Source: Phyllobates terribilis
Lineage: Eukaryota
Assembly: GCF_046119375.1 (NCBI RefSeq)
Contig: NW_027362771.1
Coordinates: 389,608,001 to 389,672,000, forward strand
Length of the DNA stretch: 64,000 bases
Direction of reading: 5' to 3'
The notes below the pieces were generated by a model that saw only the letters and a program-made list of their open reading frames with translations, was not told where the DNA came from and searched no databases. Position numbers and translations under genes: made by a program. Below are positions 25,808 to 38,169 of the stretch, piece after piece (position 1 is the first letter of the stretch; each line of letters begins with the position of its first letter).

Positions 25808-27263
25808 ATCATGAATCATGATATGTGTTCAAAGGCCCCAATGTGACTCTTTCGCCCGAGGCCCACAAAAACCTGGAGCTGGCCCTGGGTTAGAGCAATG
25901 ACAAAATGCAAAAGTGACCAAAACAACAGCCAAAAAGGATGAGAACAGAGAAATGGTCTGTGGTCACCACTTGCAGAATAACTCCTTTATATGGGGTGTC
26001 TTGCTAATTGCCTATCATTTCTGCCTGTTGTCTGTTCCATTTGCACAACAGTAGGAGAAATTGATTGACAATCAGTGTTGCTTCAACCTGTTGGACAGGT
26101 TGATTTCATAGAAGTGTGACTGACTTGGAGTTACATTGTGTTGTTTAAGTTTTTTTGAACATATATATTTGTATATATTTTTTACAACTCATCCTGTAAA
26201 AATAAGCTTTTATATTATCAATGGAAAAATAAAAGAAAGTTATCGCCATTGGAAGAAGGGAAGGGAAAATAGTGAATGTAAAAACAAAAATTGTTAGAAT
26301 GTAGAATGTTTCTGACGATCTTTGAAATAGCGATCTTCAACACAACAAACAAGAGTTTGCAGAGAAAAAAGTCTGCTGGACAGTTGTTCTTCACAATAAA
26401 TGTACATTGCTCCAGTTGTACAGTAAGTTCAATGAAATAACTTTCAAGATATAATTTCTAATTCACTCCCTTCATAAATTATTTCATAGCTTTCTCTTGA
26501 CCTATATAAAAGTGCTCGGCTTCTAATTCTACTTATTATTTGATCTCAGAATTACTTGTTGGAGATTTTCAAGAAAATTTTCCAAATATATGTTAAAAAT
26601 GTATAGTAAGTTGATTCTTTTAGACATTAATGTCATTGTAGGTCAAAACGTTTCTTGGTTTTTCATAGCATTATGTGTCTTGCAGTATTGGTAAATATTT
26701 CTTCTTTAATTTAACTAGCTAGTAACAGCAGCTGCTTTTATCTATGTTCTTGTTTACCAGCACTTAAGCAATAAGGTTTCATTGAAGACCCTTCCCCACA
26801 TATATTAATATCCAGTACAGCATCATCTTTAATAATTATCTAAATTTTATGATTTGGCATACAACTATGAAGCAATTCCCTTGAATCTAAGCAAACCATT
26901 CCAACTACCGAATTGATCAAATGCTGTGTTTAACAACACAATGCAATCATCAATCTTTACTCTGCAGTTGTCTAAGATTTATTATATCTCTTGGATTCAA
27001 AATGGCTGTCACAAAATTCATTAGTATTAGCAGCAGCTGACAAATGATGTGGTGCACTGTGAATTCATGTGAATTAATGTCCATGCCAGACAATTGTGCA
27101 AAATATTCAAACGTAAAGGAAAATTACAATTATTTTACATTGTAGCTCCTAGAACTAGAGTATAAAAAAATCCTAAAGGGTTTCTTTCAATTTGCTGGAA
27201 TATATACACATATCATTTTTTTTGAAGACAATAACTTTTTTATGTTTCAGAATCAATTATATT

Positions 27264-27819
27264 CAGGGGCGGATTAAGAGTAACCAGGGCCTTGGGAAGT
27301 TTAAAAGGCATGCGCCCCCTCAGGTACCCGATGTATCACGTGACATGTTACATGACCCCGTGTAATTTCATAAATTTTTTGCTTATATACCGCACTGTAC
27401 ATAACATAGCACTATACATAATAGAGCAGGGATGGGATATTAATTTTCCCTAGGGGCCACAAGGGAGACAGTGATTGTTGTGGAGGCCGCACCAATAGAC
27501 TGAAATAAATTTTTCTCAATATTAATATTAACATATTAATTATAATTATTTTTTAGATTAATTGTATGACTTAATATTAAGCAGAATTAAAAGTATGTTG
27601 ACATCCTTCTATATAATATGAGCCCTCACATAGCCTCTAGATACAATATGAGCCCCCACATAGGCCCCTCAATCAACAACCAAAATGATTAACCTATTGG
27701 GCCCTTATACATGTAAACCATAACAAAAAAAACCTTAAAAAAAATCTCTTTAGTTAGTTTGAAAAGCCATAGTCACATTCCTATGAACATGGACTATGTA
27801 TATATTTAATCCGCCTATG
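27264..27819. mobile_element. hAT MITE
   Basis: CAGGGGCGGATTAA / TTAATCCGCCTATG termini and a perfect 8-bp TSD ATTATATT. Confidence 0.85.
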
Positions 27820-28387
27820 ATTATATTAGGGAGAAGGCTCACATATACGTACACATAGCTGTTGGCCAATTGTTTGGCTGACAGCTATCTTTCCCATCTC
27901 CTCTATACACATGGATATTTAGTTTTGCCAATGCCCATGTGTTTTCAAAGAAAGTTATGAGAAAGTCACTGACAGACTGCTCTGGCTGTGACTTATCTGA
28001 ATAACAGTAGAATCTGGTGTTAAAATTTAAACCGCCAGAGCATGATCTACTCCAATGTCAACAGTAAGTCGAGATTCAGGAGGCCCCCATTATACATTAA
28101 AATGTGGGCCATCCTGCCAATATCAGTAGGTTAGGCTGTCTTTAGTCTAGTCTGTTTAGGGGCCTGTACACCAGGGCTATTACATTTAATTAAATTAAAT
28201 AGTAAACTTCCTAGATTCTAATTCTGTCAGTTTTTCAATCAAAATTGCTTCTCATCAATTCACTGGTATACAGTGATTTTGGTGCCAACGATGTCTAAAC
28301 TGCTTTATATTAAGTTAATTGTGTCGATTAAGAATATGACTTTGTTTTTTCCAGATTGGTTCTAGTTTCTGAGATATTTAATAGTTA

Positions 28388-29405
28388 CCATATTTTTCGG
28401 ACTATAAGACGCACCGGACCATAAGACACACCTAGGTTTTAGAGGAGGAAAATAGGAAAAAAAATTAAGCAAAAAATGTGGTCATGATGCCCTGTTATGG
28501 GGGAGAGGGTCTGCTGCTGACACTGGTATTGGGGTAATGTCCCCCAATTCTGTGAATATCCTCCATCCTGTTATGTATGGCCCCTCCTTCCTGGTATACT
28601 TGGCACCCATCCCATCCTGGTATACATGGCCCTCATCCCCAACCTGGTATGCATGGCACCCCTTGATCCCCCATCCTGGTATGCATGGCACCCCTTGATC
28701 CCCCTTCCTGGTATGCATGGCATCCCTTTATCCCCCTTCCTGGTATGCATGGCACCCCTTGATCCTCCTTTCTGGTATGCATGGCACCCCATGATCCCCA
28801 TCCTAGTATTTATGGCACCCTTTGATCCCCCACCCTGGTATTCATGGCACCCCTTGATCCCCCATCCTGGTATGCATGGCACCCCTTTATCCCCCATCCT
28901 GGTATTCATGGCACCCCTTGATCCCTCATCCTTGTATTCATGGCACCCCCAGATCCCCATCCTAGTATTAATGGCATCCCTTGATCCCCCATCCTGGTAT
29001 GCATGGCACCCCTTGATATCCCATCCTGGTATACATAGCATCCCTTGATCACTCCATCCTGGTATTCATGGCGCCCCTTGATCCCCCATCCTGGTGTGCA
29101 TGGCATCCCTTTATCTCCCATCCTGGTATGCATGGCACCCCTTGAACACCCATCCTGGTATGTATGGCACCCCTTGAGCCCCCATCGCGCTGCCCACAAA
29201 AAAATAAACAATCATACTCCCCTCCTCTGTTCTCCAGCACTGTCCGGCTCTGTAGCCGAGACTCGCTGAGTGAGCTGCGCATGACAGGGCGCGCATGGCG
29301 TCCCTGCCATGCGCCCTCACACACTGTGAGATGCTGTGCTGGAATAGTCACTGCTCCCCACGCCAGCCCAAAGTTTTGAAGGAAAAAAGTGTCCAAAAAA
29401 TACGG
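28388..29405. mobile_element. TcMar-Tc2 (Kanga-like) MITE with internal minisatellite
   Basis: TA|CCATATTTTTCGGACTATAAGACGCAC ... GTCCAAAAAATACGG|TA. Same terminal family as 7500-8018. Confidence 0.8.
28560..29180. repeat. 32-bp GC-rich minisatellite (ATGCATGGCACCCCTTGATCCCCCATCCTGGT)n
   Basis: GCATGG recurs at 28651, 28683, 28715 and onward. This array accounts for the repetitive ORFs at 28482-29269. Confidence 0.9.
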
Positions 29406-29588
29406 TAATTAATTAATTACAGTAGTTTTCAGGTTTCAAAAAGTCTCTATTATAGCATTGTAAGCCTTCAAATTGAAATACAAAATAATTATATTGGATA
29501 TTTCATTACATAAGACACTGTTAAAGAGTCAAAAGGCCAAATGATATTGCATTTATCACACACAAGTCACATAGGGAATGCATTATTT

Positions 29589-30392
29589 TCATAGAATCAT
29601 TGAATGGTAGAGTTGGAAGGGACCTCCTGGGTCATCTGGTCCAACCCCCTGCTCAAAGCAGGATTCACTAAATCATCTCAGACAGATGTCTGTCCAGCCT
29701 CTGTTTGAAGACGTCCATTGTAGGGGAACTCACCACCTCTCATGGCAGCCTGTTCCACTCATTGATCACCCTAACTGTCAAAAAGTTTATTCTAATATCT
29801 AATCTGTGTCTCCTCCCATTCAGTTTCATCCCATTGCTTCTAGTCATTCCTTGTGCAAATGAGAATAAAGATGATCCTTCTACAATGTGACAGCCCTTGA
29901 GATATTTGTAGACAGCTATTAAGTCTCCTCTCAGTCTTCTTTTTTGCAAGCTAAACATTCCCAAATCCTGTAACCGTTCCTCATAGGACATGGTTTGCAG
30001 ACCAGTCACCATTCTGGTCGCTCTTCTCTGAACTTGCTCCAGTTTGTCAATGTCTTTTTTAAAATGTGGTGCCCAAAACTGGACACAGTATTCCAGATGA
30101 GGTCGGACCAAAGAGGAGTAAAGTGCGATAATGACTTCACGTGATCTAGAGTGTATGCTTCTGTTAATACATCTAAGAATTGTATTTGCCTTTTTTGCTG
30201 CTGCATCACACTGTTGACTCGTGTTCAGTTTATGATCTATTAGTATACCTAAGTCTTTTTCACATGTGCTGTTGCTTAGCTCTATTGCTCCCATTCTGTA
30301 AATGCTTTTTTCATTTTTATTGCCCAGATGTAGTACTTTGCATTTTTCCCTGTTAAAAACCATTCTGTTAGTTGCTGCCCACTGCTCCAGCT
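29589..30392 (-). mobile_element. CR1 LINE, 5'-truncated (ORF2 C-terminus and 3' UTR)
   Basis: ORF 29740-30363: FNREKCKVLHLG..EKDLG..KKANTIL..LYSSLVRPHLEYCVQFWAP..LEQVQRRATRM..LQKRRLRGDLI..FLTVRVINEWNRLP. The 3' end GGTCCCTTCCAACTCTACCATTCAATGATTCTATGA is the CR1-type tail. Confidence 0.95.
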
Positions 30393-30668
30393 AACAGAAT
30401 TCTAGTTTTTGAGATAATTCATGGATGAATTATCTCAAAAATTAGAACAAATTCAGCAAAAGTAATGGGATTTTTTAATTCAGCATCCTCAAAATACCCT
30501 AAATCCATTTAAAAAGCCTTGTTACTTGAAAAAAAAATATTCATAGACCTGTGTTATTAAGTAACCAACCCTTTTTAGAAAAATACATAGACTGCAAAGT
30601 ATAGCTAATCTCTGATTTATGCTGCCCGTGGTTCAGGCAGCATGATTCTACTGTCAGGTTTCCTTTAA

Positions 30669-33600
30669 CCGCTTCCCGACCGCCCACTGTACATAAACGT
30701 CGGCGCTGCCTGGTCTCTATGCAGCGCCGACGTTTATGAACGGTCAGTGGTCCCGCAGCCCCCAGGGTCCTGCAAGTGCTGCGGTTGCGGTTCAGAGCGA
30801 CAGCTCTGACAGGGGACATCATCGGGACCTGATTAGATCCTTTGTTATCTTCTATATGCTGCGATCTATAGTGATTGCGGCATATAGAAGATAGTGAGAG
30901 GAGAGGGGGTCGTCCACTTACCTCTCCGACGGCCCCCTGATGCCTTCCAGGACCTGCCATTGTTATGGCAGCTGGAGGTCACATGACCGCCTCTAGATCT
31001 GAATTATATGGTGTCCTGCTGAGCTCAGGCTGCAGCTGAGTCCAGCAGGAGACAGACAGTGTGAAACTGTCAGCAAACTTCTCATGCAATGCAATACATG
31101 TCTATTGCATTGCATGAGAACAGTGATTAGAAAAATAAAAATTAATGTCCCATACACGGACTAAGTAAAAATGTAAAAAAAAGTCTAAAAAATGTTTTCA
31201 AACTGTAAAAAAAATCACAAAATAAATAAAAATAAATAAATAAAATATTAAACCAATAAATCCGTATATTTATGCAAAAACAAAAAGAGTACACATATTT
31301 GGTATCGCCGCGTCTGAAACAACCCGATCTATAAAACTGTCACACTAATTAACTCCTTCTGTGCACACCGTAATAAAAATAAATAAAAAACGGAGCAAAA
31401 AACTATGCTTTTTCATCATATTGCCAAACAAAAAGTGGTAAAAAATGTGATCAAAAAGCAAATTGGAAATAAAAATGGTACCGCTGAAAACGTCATCTTG
31501 CTCCACAAAAAAAAAGCCGCCACACAGCTCCATCAGCCAAAAAATAAAAAAGTTATAGCTCTCAGAATAAAGCGATGCAAAAAAAATATTTTTTCTATAA
31601 AATTGTTTTATTGTGTAAAAGCGGCAAAATATAAAAAAATATACAGTAAGTGTAGTATCGCTGTAAACGTACTGACCCGAAGAAAAATGCTGCCTTATTA
31701 CTTTTATCACACGCAGAACAGCATAAAAAAAAACTCAAAAAACAATTCCTGAATTGTTGGTTTTTGTTAATTTTACCTCCCAAAAAACGGAATAGAAAGC
31801 GATCAAAAAATGTCACGTACCCAAAAATTGTACCAATAAAAATGTCAACTCGTCCCGCAAAAAACAAGCCATCACATGACTCTGTCGGCCGAAATATGGA
31901 AAAATTATAGCTCTCAAAATATGGCGATGCAAACACTAGATTTTGCAAAAATAGCGTCTCTTAGTGTGACAGCTGTCAGTCATAAAAACCCAATATAAAT
32001 CTGGTATCTCTGTAGTCGCACCGACCCGAAGAATAAAGTAATCTCATCACTTATACCGCACAAGGAACAGCGTAAAAAATAAATAAAACCAATTCTTCAC
32101 CTGCTACTGATTTGTTTATTATGTCTCCCAAAGATCGCAGTAAGGCTCTGCTCACATTTATCCTGCGCTCTGCGCTGAGCACTTACAACAGAGTTTCCGT
32201 GTAAATCTCTGAAATACGTGATTCAGATGGAACCCATGAAGGAAGATTCCCTGTAATGAGGCAGATATAGGCCACTGTGGATGCCATCTAGCCTGTTTTG
32301 TGCACTTCTGAAAAAAAGGACACCGCTAAACAGGGGCCAGACGGAGTCCAGAGTAACTCTGCTGCCTCATTATAGTGAATGGATCCTGCAGGGGTTTCAT
32401 CTGAATTACATCACTTGGAAATTTAGATGGAAACCCGGATGTAAGTGCTCAGCCTAGAGCGCCGGATAAATGTTACGGAAAATGTTCCCAATAAAAGCTT
32501 CAACTCGGTCCTCAAAAAAAGCTAGTCCCCACTCAGGTCCGTCATCTGTTAAAAATATAAGGGACTTCCAAGTTACTGGTAGCAGAAAGGCTCTGGAAAA
32601 GTGAAATGGCCCTTGCCCCCCAAAAGAAATTCAGAACATTTTGTGCTCCTAAATCCAAATGCCTAATCTACAATAATTTGTTCTCCAATTGTCAAACAGC
32701 GCTCCGTCCCTCCCAGATCTTGCCGTATGGCTAAGCAGTACGATACAGCCACATATGGAGTATTGCCACTTTTAGAAGAAATTGTGTGACACATTTTGGC
32801 ACCATTTTTACCCATTGCACTGTGTGAAAATGTAAAATCTGAGAGTAAAACATTTTTTTGTGGTAAAAATACAATTATGTTTTCTTCACTGCCCAATGGT
32901 ATAAATTTAAAAATTAAAAAATACTCACTACTTCCCTAGATGAATTCCTTGAGAGGTGTAGTTTACAAAATGGGGTCACTTGTGGGGTTTCTGCTGTTTC
33001 GGCATGTCAGTGACTCTTCAAATGTGACATGGTGTCTGCAACCTATCCCAGCAAACATAGCGCTCCTTTCTCTTCCGAACCATGCCGAACACCGAAGCAG
33101 TGGTTTTCCCCCACATATGGGGTATTGGTGTACTCAGGAGAAATTGCACAACAAATTTCATGGTGCAATTTCTCCTGTTATCCTTATGATAATGCAAAAT
33201 TAGGGGATGAAAAACATTTTTTGTGGGAAAAATGTGAAAATTTTATTTTTACCGCTCAATATTATAAACTTCTGTGAAGCACCTGGGGGTGCAAGGTGCT
33301 CACCACACATCTAGATAAGTTCCCTAAGGGGTCTAGTTTCCAAAATGGTGTCATTTGTGAGGGGTTTCCACTGTTTAGGGGCTCACCAAATGTAACATGG
33401 CGTCCGTAATTATTCAAGCAAATTTTACATTCAAAAAGTCAAATGATGCTCCTTCCCTTCCGAACCCTGCAGTGCACCCAAACAGTGGTTTTCCCTCACA
33501 TATGGGGTATCAGCGCGCTCATAAGAAATTGCACTATAAATTGTGTATTTCACTTTTTCCTGTTACCCTTGTGAAAATAAAAAAATTTTGTCTAAAGTAA

Positions 33601-34234
33601 CATTTTTGTGAAAAAAAGTTAAATGTTCATTGTTTTCTTCCACATTCCAAAAATTCCCGTGAAACATCTGAAGGGTTAATAAACTTCTTGAATGTGTTTT
33701 TGAGCACCTTGACAGGCGCAGTTTTTAGAATGGTGTCACTTTTGGGTATTTTCTGTCATAAAGGCCCCTCAAAGTCACTTCAAATAAGATGTGGTCCCTA
33801 AAAAAATGTTTTTGTAAATTTTGTTGGAAAAATGAGAAATCGCTGGTCAACATTTAACCCTTATAGCTTCCTAACAAAAAAAAAATTTTGGTTCCAAAAT
33901 TGTGCTGATTTAAAGTAGACATGTGGGAAATGTTATTTATTAACTATTTTGTTTGACATATCTCTCTGATTTAAGGGCATGAAAATTCAAAGTTTGAAAA
34001 TTGCAAAATTTTCAAAATTTTTGCCAAATTTCGGATTTTTTCACAAGTAAACGCAAGTGATATCGAATAAATTTTACCACTATCATGAAGTACAATATGT
34101 CACGAAAAAACATTCTCATAATCAGGGGAATCCGTTGAAGCGTTCCAGAGTAATTACTTCATAAATTGACAGTGGTCAAAATTGAAAAAATTGGCCTGGT
34201 CACGAAGGCAAAAACAGGCTCTGGCGCGAAGTAG
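30669..34234. mobile_element. piggyBac-like non-autonomous element (~3.6 kb) with internal tandem subrepeats
   Basis: TTAA|CCGCTTC ... GAAGTAG|TTAA. Internal ~230-bp and ~190-bp repeated modules. Colinear homolog at 42834-47561. No transposase. Confidence 0.8.
32144..32472. mobile_element. Harbinger-like palindromic MITE nested in the piggyBac-like element
   Basis: TAA|GGCTCTGCTCACATTTATCC..GCTGAGCACTTAC ... GTAAGTGCTCAGC..GGATAAATGT. The right TIR is truncated. Confidence 0.5.
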
Positions 34235-34239
34235 TTAAT

Positions 34240-36380
34240 GGTTACCTTTTCAGGCCCCAGTTCCAAAATAGAGTTCATCGATGTATTACTAACAGGTAAC
34301 TCAACATCTCATAAAATACACTGCTCTATTTTTTGCAAACATGTCTGCAGTAATGCTAGTTGCCACCCTATTCACACCATTAATTCCATTACTTATGGTG
34401 AATTCATCAGGGCAAAATGCATTTACTCTGATGAAAAAAAAACTTTATTTCTGAGAGTCAAATTATTAAAAATAAATATATTAAAAAACAGAGGATGTGA
34501 AAATAAATTAATTGATTGGGCATATATATAAAAGTCATATTTTAAAAACAGAAAATATTTTTTTTTAAAAGCGGAAAGGATATCTGCAATTCTCAATTAA
34601 CACCTGGTGTTAAAGTCACTTTCAACACTCCATATAGTCTTCAATTCAATAAAACAAAAAGCATAATAGCGAAATATATTCCAGTATTATATCAGGATAT
34701 TATTTACAATGAAATATTGAAGAATGGGTGGAGACATGTTGTTAGAAGGGGTCAGTCTTTAAACAACATGCTGTCTCCAAGTTTATATAGAAATCGGACA
34801 AATAGTATCCCTTGGCTATCGTTGATGGGTTTTTTCAAGTGTGCTAGGAACAAATGCAATATGGATCATTATGCAAAAAAAAAACACAAAAAAATAGATT
34901 AACATTTTTGTATAGATTCTTTCATCAATTGTGATGAAATCATGTCATATGTTGCATTAAATGCATTAATTTGCAAATTGAAATATATTGATTGCATGAG
35001 TCGTAAATTAAAGAAGAGAGTAGCTGAACATTTGTATAATGTCATAAATAAAATTAGACCATACTCGGGGCAGTTAGAGAAATAGAATAAAATAAATAAA
35101 TTACATTTAAATATTACAAATTTTACTAAATACTTTCATTTAGCAAAAAATTTGAAAAAAAGGTAATCTTTATTTAGTGAACTATCAGGGTTTTAAATAT
35201 GTCAGGTGTCATAGCAGTTTCCCACCTGTGATGTAGTACGTAGTAGGACAGGCTGCGAAAAAACATCTACTCTCAAGAAAGATGTTGGGTGAGAGAAGCG
35301 GCGTCCTGTCAGGCATCGTGAACGCACATTTCTCTGTTCACTGAACCTGACAGGAGGAGCGAAGGGAGGAGCAGAGCAACTAAAGCAGAAGATAACCTTT
35401 CTTTGAATATTTATTTCAATCATTCTGACAGGTTTATTGGAAGACAGAAGGAGGACAGCAGGGAGCTGCTGGACAAACAATAAAAAGAGTCTTGGCTGTC
35501 CCAGGCACATGTCTTTACGTAACTGTCTTAATATATGACAGCCGGGACAGCTGCTATAGATGGCAGCGGACATATTTAAAATCCCGACAGTGCACTAAAT
35601 AAAGATTACCTTTTGGCTAAATAAAGGTATTTAGTAAAATTTGCAACATTGTGACGAGGGGCAGTACCCAGAAATAGTGTCTGCAAATTGAGTATCTGGT
35701 TCTGGCTTACATCCTAAAACATGTTATAAGGCTCCTTAAAGGGTCACTATTGGTTTTTAGGATTGCTATTTCCTGTAGGTGGCACTAGAGTTCTGGTCCT
35801 CTTCCTCTCTGAAGAGACAATTTGCAAATTTCCCAGAGGAGCATTGCAGCTTTAAAAGTCTCCTCACCATGACATGCTTAACATGTCGCTCTCCACAAGG
35901 AGAAATATTACCCCTAGATACCGGTCTGACGCCTCTCATCCAGCCAAATCAGAACTCACACTTTGCACTGACGAGGGGCAGTACCCCAAAACACAATGTC
36001 TGCTAATTGAGTTTCTGGTTCTGGCTTATATCCTAATTCATGTGATAAGGCTCATTAAAGGGTCACTATTTACTGTTAGATTTGCTACTTCCTGTAGGTG
36101 GCACTAGAGTTATTGTCCTCTTCCTAACATTTAAATGTATTTTATTTATTTTATTCAATTTCTGGGAGAACCTCTTTAAACATTTCTTAGAAAGACATGA
36201 TAGTGATGTGGATGACTTCAGATTTTTGGGAATTGAAAGGGTCAAACCACCTGATAGACAAGGCAGTTCGCAATAGAAACTTCTCTTGAGGGAAGCTTTC
36301 TGGATCATTAAATTGAACACAAAATACCCCAATGGAATGAATTATATGAAGGATAGGATGTTTATTTACCAAAAATAAAT
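34240..36380 (+). mobile_element. Penelope-like retroelement relic (RT C-terminus and GIY-YIG endonuclease), interrupted at ~35160-36130
   Basis: IEFIDVLLTG..HPIHTINSITYGEFIRA (RT thumb); GFFKCARNKC; INCD..ICKLKYID..RKLKKRVAEH (GIY-YIG N-part); HFLERH..FRFLGIERV..LLREAFWIIKLNTKYPNGMN (GIY-YIG C-part). Confidence 0.8.
35962..36005 (+). ncRNA. Degenerate type I hammerhead ribozyme (second, more decayed copy at 35651-35684)
   Basis: TTTGCA-CTGACGA-GGGG-CAGTA-CCCC-AAAA-C-ACAAT-GTC-TGC: CUGANGA box, helix II, GAAA box (G>A here), GUC cleavage triplet, and helix I gca/tgc. Confidence 0.7.
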
Positions 36381-37056
36381 TTAGTTACTCATTTTTTTCC
36401 GTGGTGTATATATGTGTATATGTATATATACAGTATATACAGTATATATCTATCTATATATATATATATATGTATAGTGACAGAGTCACTGGTATGATTT
36501 ATGAGGGGAGGTATGTGTCACACAGGTTGCTAGCCTGTGTGAACTGAAACCAATAAACTTTCTGCCAGCATGTTATATGCTGGGGGGTTAACTCACTTAA
36601 AGGGTGTGGTTTTATGAGAATGAGGTAGAGATGGGAAGGAAGTCATTCTCCACACCGCCACCTCAGGCAGTGTGTCTGTGCAAGGTTTAAATGCTCAGTC
36701 ACCATTTTTTTTTCTGTTGTGTTTGGAGAGGCAAGTTCTCCTGACTGGACAGCCATAGCTCAGGAAGGAGTGGGCGAACCGCACACATATGGACTGTGCT
36801 ATTGTTTATATTTTGTTTATTGTTTTGCCAGTAAGGCCGTGTTTATTTTGCTGGAGCTGCAAGGCTTTATGCCATACAATAAAGTCTGTAGAGTAAACCC
36901 AGGTTCCTGAGTCTACTTACGGAAGCGGCCGGGTGAGTCGTCTTGCCACAGTTTGTGTGAGACTGCTGGCAAGATTCCAGGAGCATGTGTATCTACAACA
37001 GAGAACGGTGGATGTCCTGGGTGAAGGCAGTCAGCCAGCCAGAGATGTCCGGAAAC

Positions 37057-38090
37057 ATGGGGGACCTGCTTAAGTATCTACTGCAGACACAGCAGGCGCA
37101 ACAAACGCAGCACCAACAGCAGCTACAGCAACAGCAGGCGCAGTACCAGCAGCAGATCCTGCAGAGCCAGCAGAGCATGCAGCAGCAGCACCAGGAGACA
37201 ACTAAACTGTTGTAGCAACAGATCCAGCTGCAGCAAAAAGCACAGCAACAGCACCAGCAGGAGCAGCAACAGCAGATACAGCTTCTGGCGGATGCCATCC
37301 AGGGCAGGGCAACCGCCCCACCCCCAGGGCCGACTGATGACTGCCACGTCAGGAAGGCGGTAAGACAGGCCATATAGAAGATGACCCCGGGGATGATGTA
37401 GAAGCCTTTCTGACACTCTTTGAGAGGGTGGCTGATAGGTAGAGACTTCCACCAGAACAGTGGACAGAGGTTCTAGCGCCATATTTGTCAGGTGAACCCC
37501 AAAAGGCATATTACGACTTGGCACTGCAGGATGCCAATGAATACGCCAAGCTAAAGACAAAGATCTTGGCACGCTTGGGAGTGAATATGGTGGAGAGAGC
37601 CCAACGAGTCCACCACTGGGTGTATGCCAGCGACAAACCCCCTCGCTCTCAGATGTTTGATCTACTGCATCTCATGCAGAAGTGGCTGCAGCCAGAGTCC
37701 TCCACTCTGGCCCAGATGGTCAAGCAGGTGGTGATTGATAGATTCGTGCACTCCCTTCCCAAGTTGGTACAGACTTGGGTTGCCTAGGGTGATCCCCAGA
37801 ACACAGGTGACTTCATCAGCCTGGTAGAGAGGTACAAGGTGGTTGAGAAATCCCTTGGGAAACCGGATATAGTCACTTCTCTGTACTGGAATACCCAAAA
37901 GGGGACGGGTTCACCACGGAAGGGGTCTAGAGCCACCACTGGGGGGCGTCCCACTCACACTAAAGGTGCCGCAAGAACTGTTGTGAAGGATATAGTATTA
38001 ATATTATATAAATAATATTATTATTATTGTTATATTATATAGTCTGTTGGCAGTGTCACAACCCTGGACACGTAGCCGCCCGATGTCATA
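37057..38090 (+). pseudogene. gag: polyQ N-terminus, SCAN-like capsid domain, CCHC zinc knuckle
   Basis: MGDLLKYLLQTQQAQQ...; DDVEAFLTLFERVA..LSGEPQKAY..KWLQPE..QVVIDRFVHSLPKLVQTWVA; CWQCHNPGHVAARC. Several stops. Confidence 0.85.
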
Positions 38091-38169
38091 TGTCCCCTGA
38101 GCCTATGGACTGCAGCCTAGGTAAACGGTGTTCCTATTATGCTTATCCAGCCTGCAGTGTGGACTATCG

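Larger units (their letters stand above)
20028..25887. mobile_element. hAT MITE containing a minisatellite, inserted in the Tc1 and itself interrupted
   Basis: Termini CAAGGCCTGC.. / ..GCTGGCCCTG, with 8-bp TSD GGTGAGAG (20020-27) / GGTTAGAG (25888-95). Confidence 0.85.
18893..26161 (-). mobile_element. Tc1 transposon split by nested insertions (segments 18893-20027 and 25888-26161)
   Basis: Left end TA|CACTGCTCAAAAAAATAAAGGGAACAC. Transposase remnants at 18972-20002. The 5' part resumes after the 8-bp TSD at 25888 (CAATGACAAAATGCAAAAGTGACC..GGAGTTACATTGTGTTGTTTAAG) and ends in a decayed TIR TTTTTTGAACA. Confidence 0.9.

Noticed and set aside
26509-26522. TATA-like CCTATATAAAAG in unique sequence
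   Set aside because: No downstream ORF or exon could be linked to it, and the motif is common in AT-rich DNA.
28482-29396. Repetitive Gly/Pro/Cys-rich ORFs resembling keratin-associated or structural proteins
   Set aside because: They are translations of a 32-bp minisatellite inside a MITE. The unit is not a multiple of 3.
36993-37572. Cys/Leu-rich minus-strand ORFs (metallothionein-like)
   Set aside because: They are antisense translations of the CAG-rich polyQ gag region.
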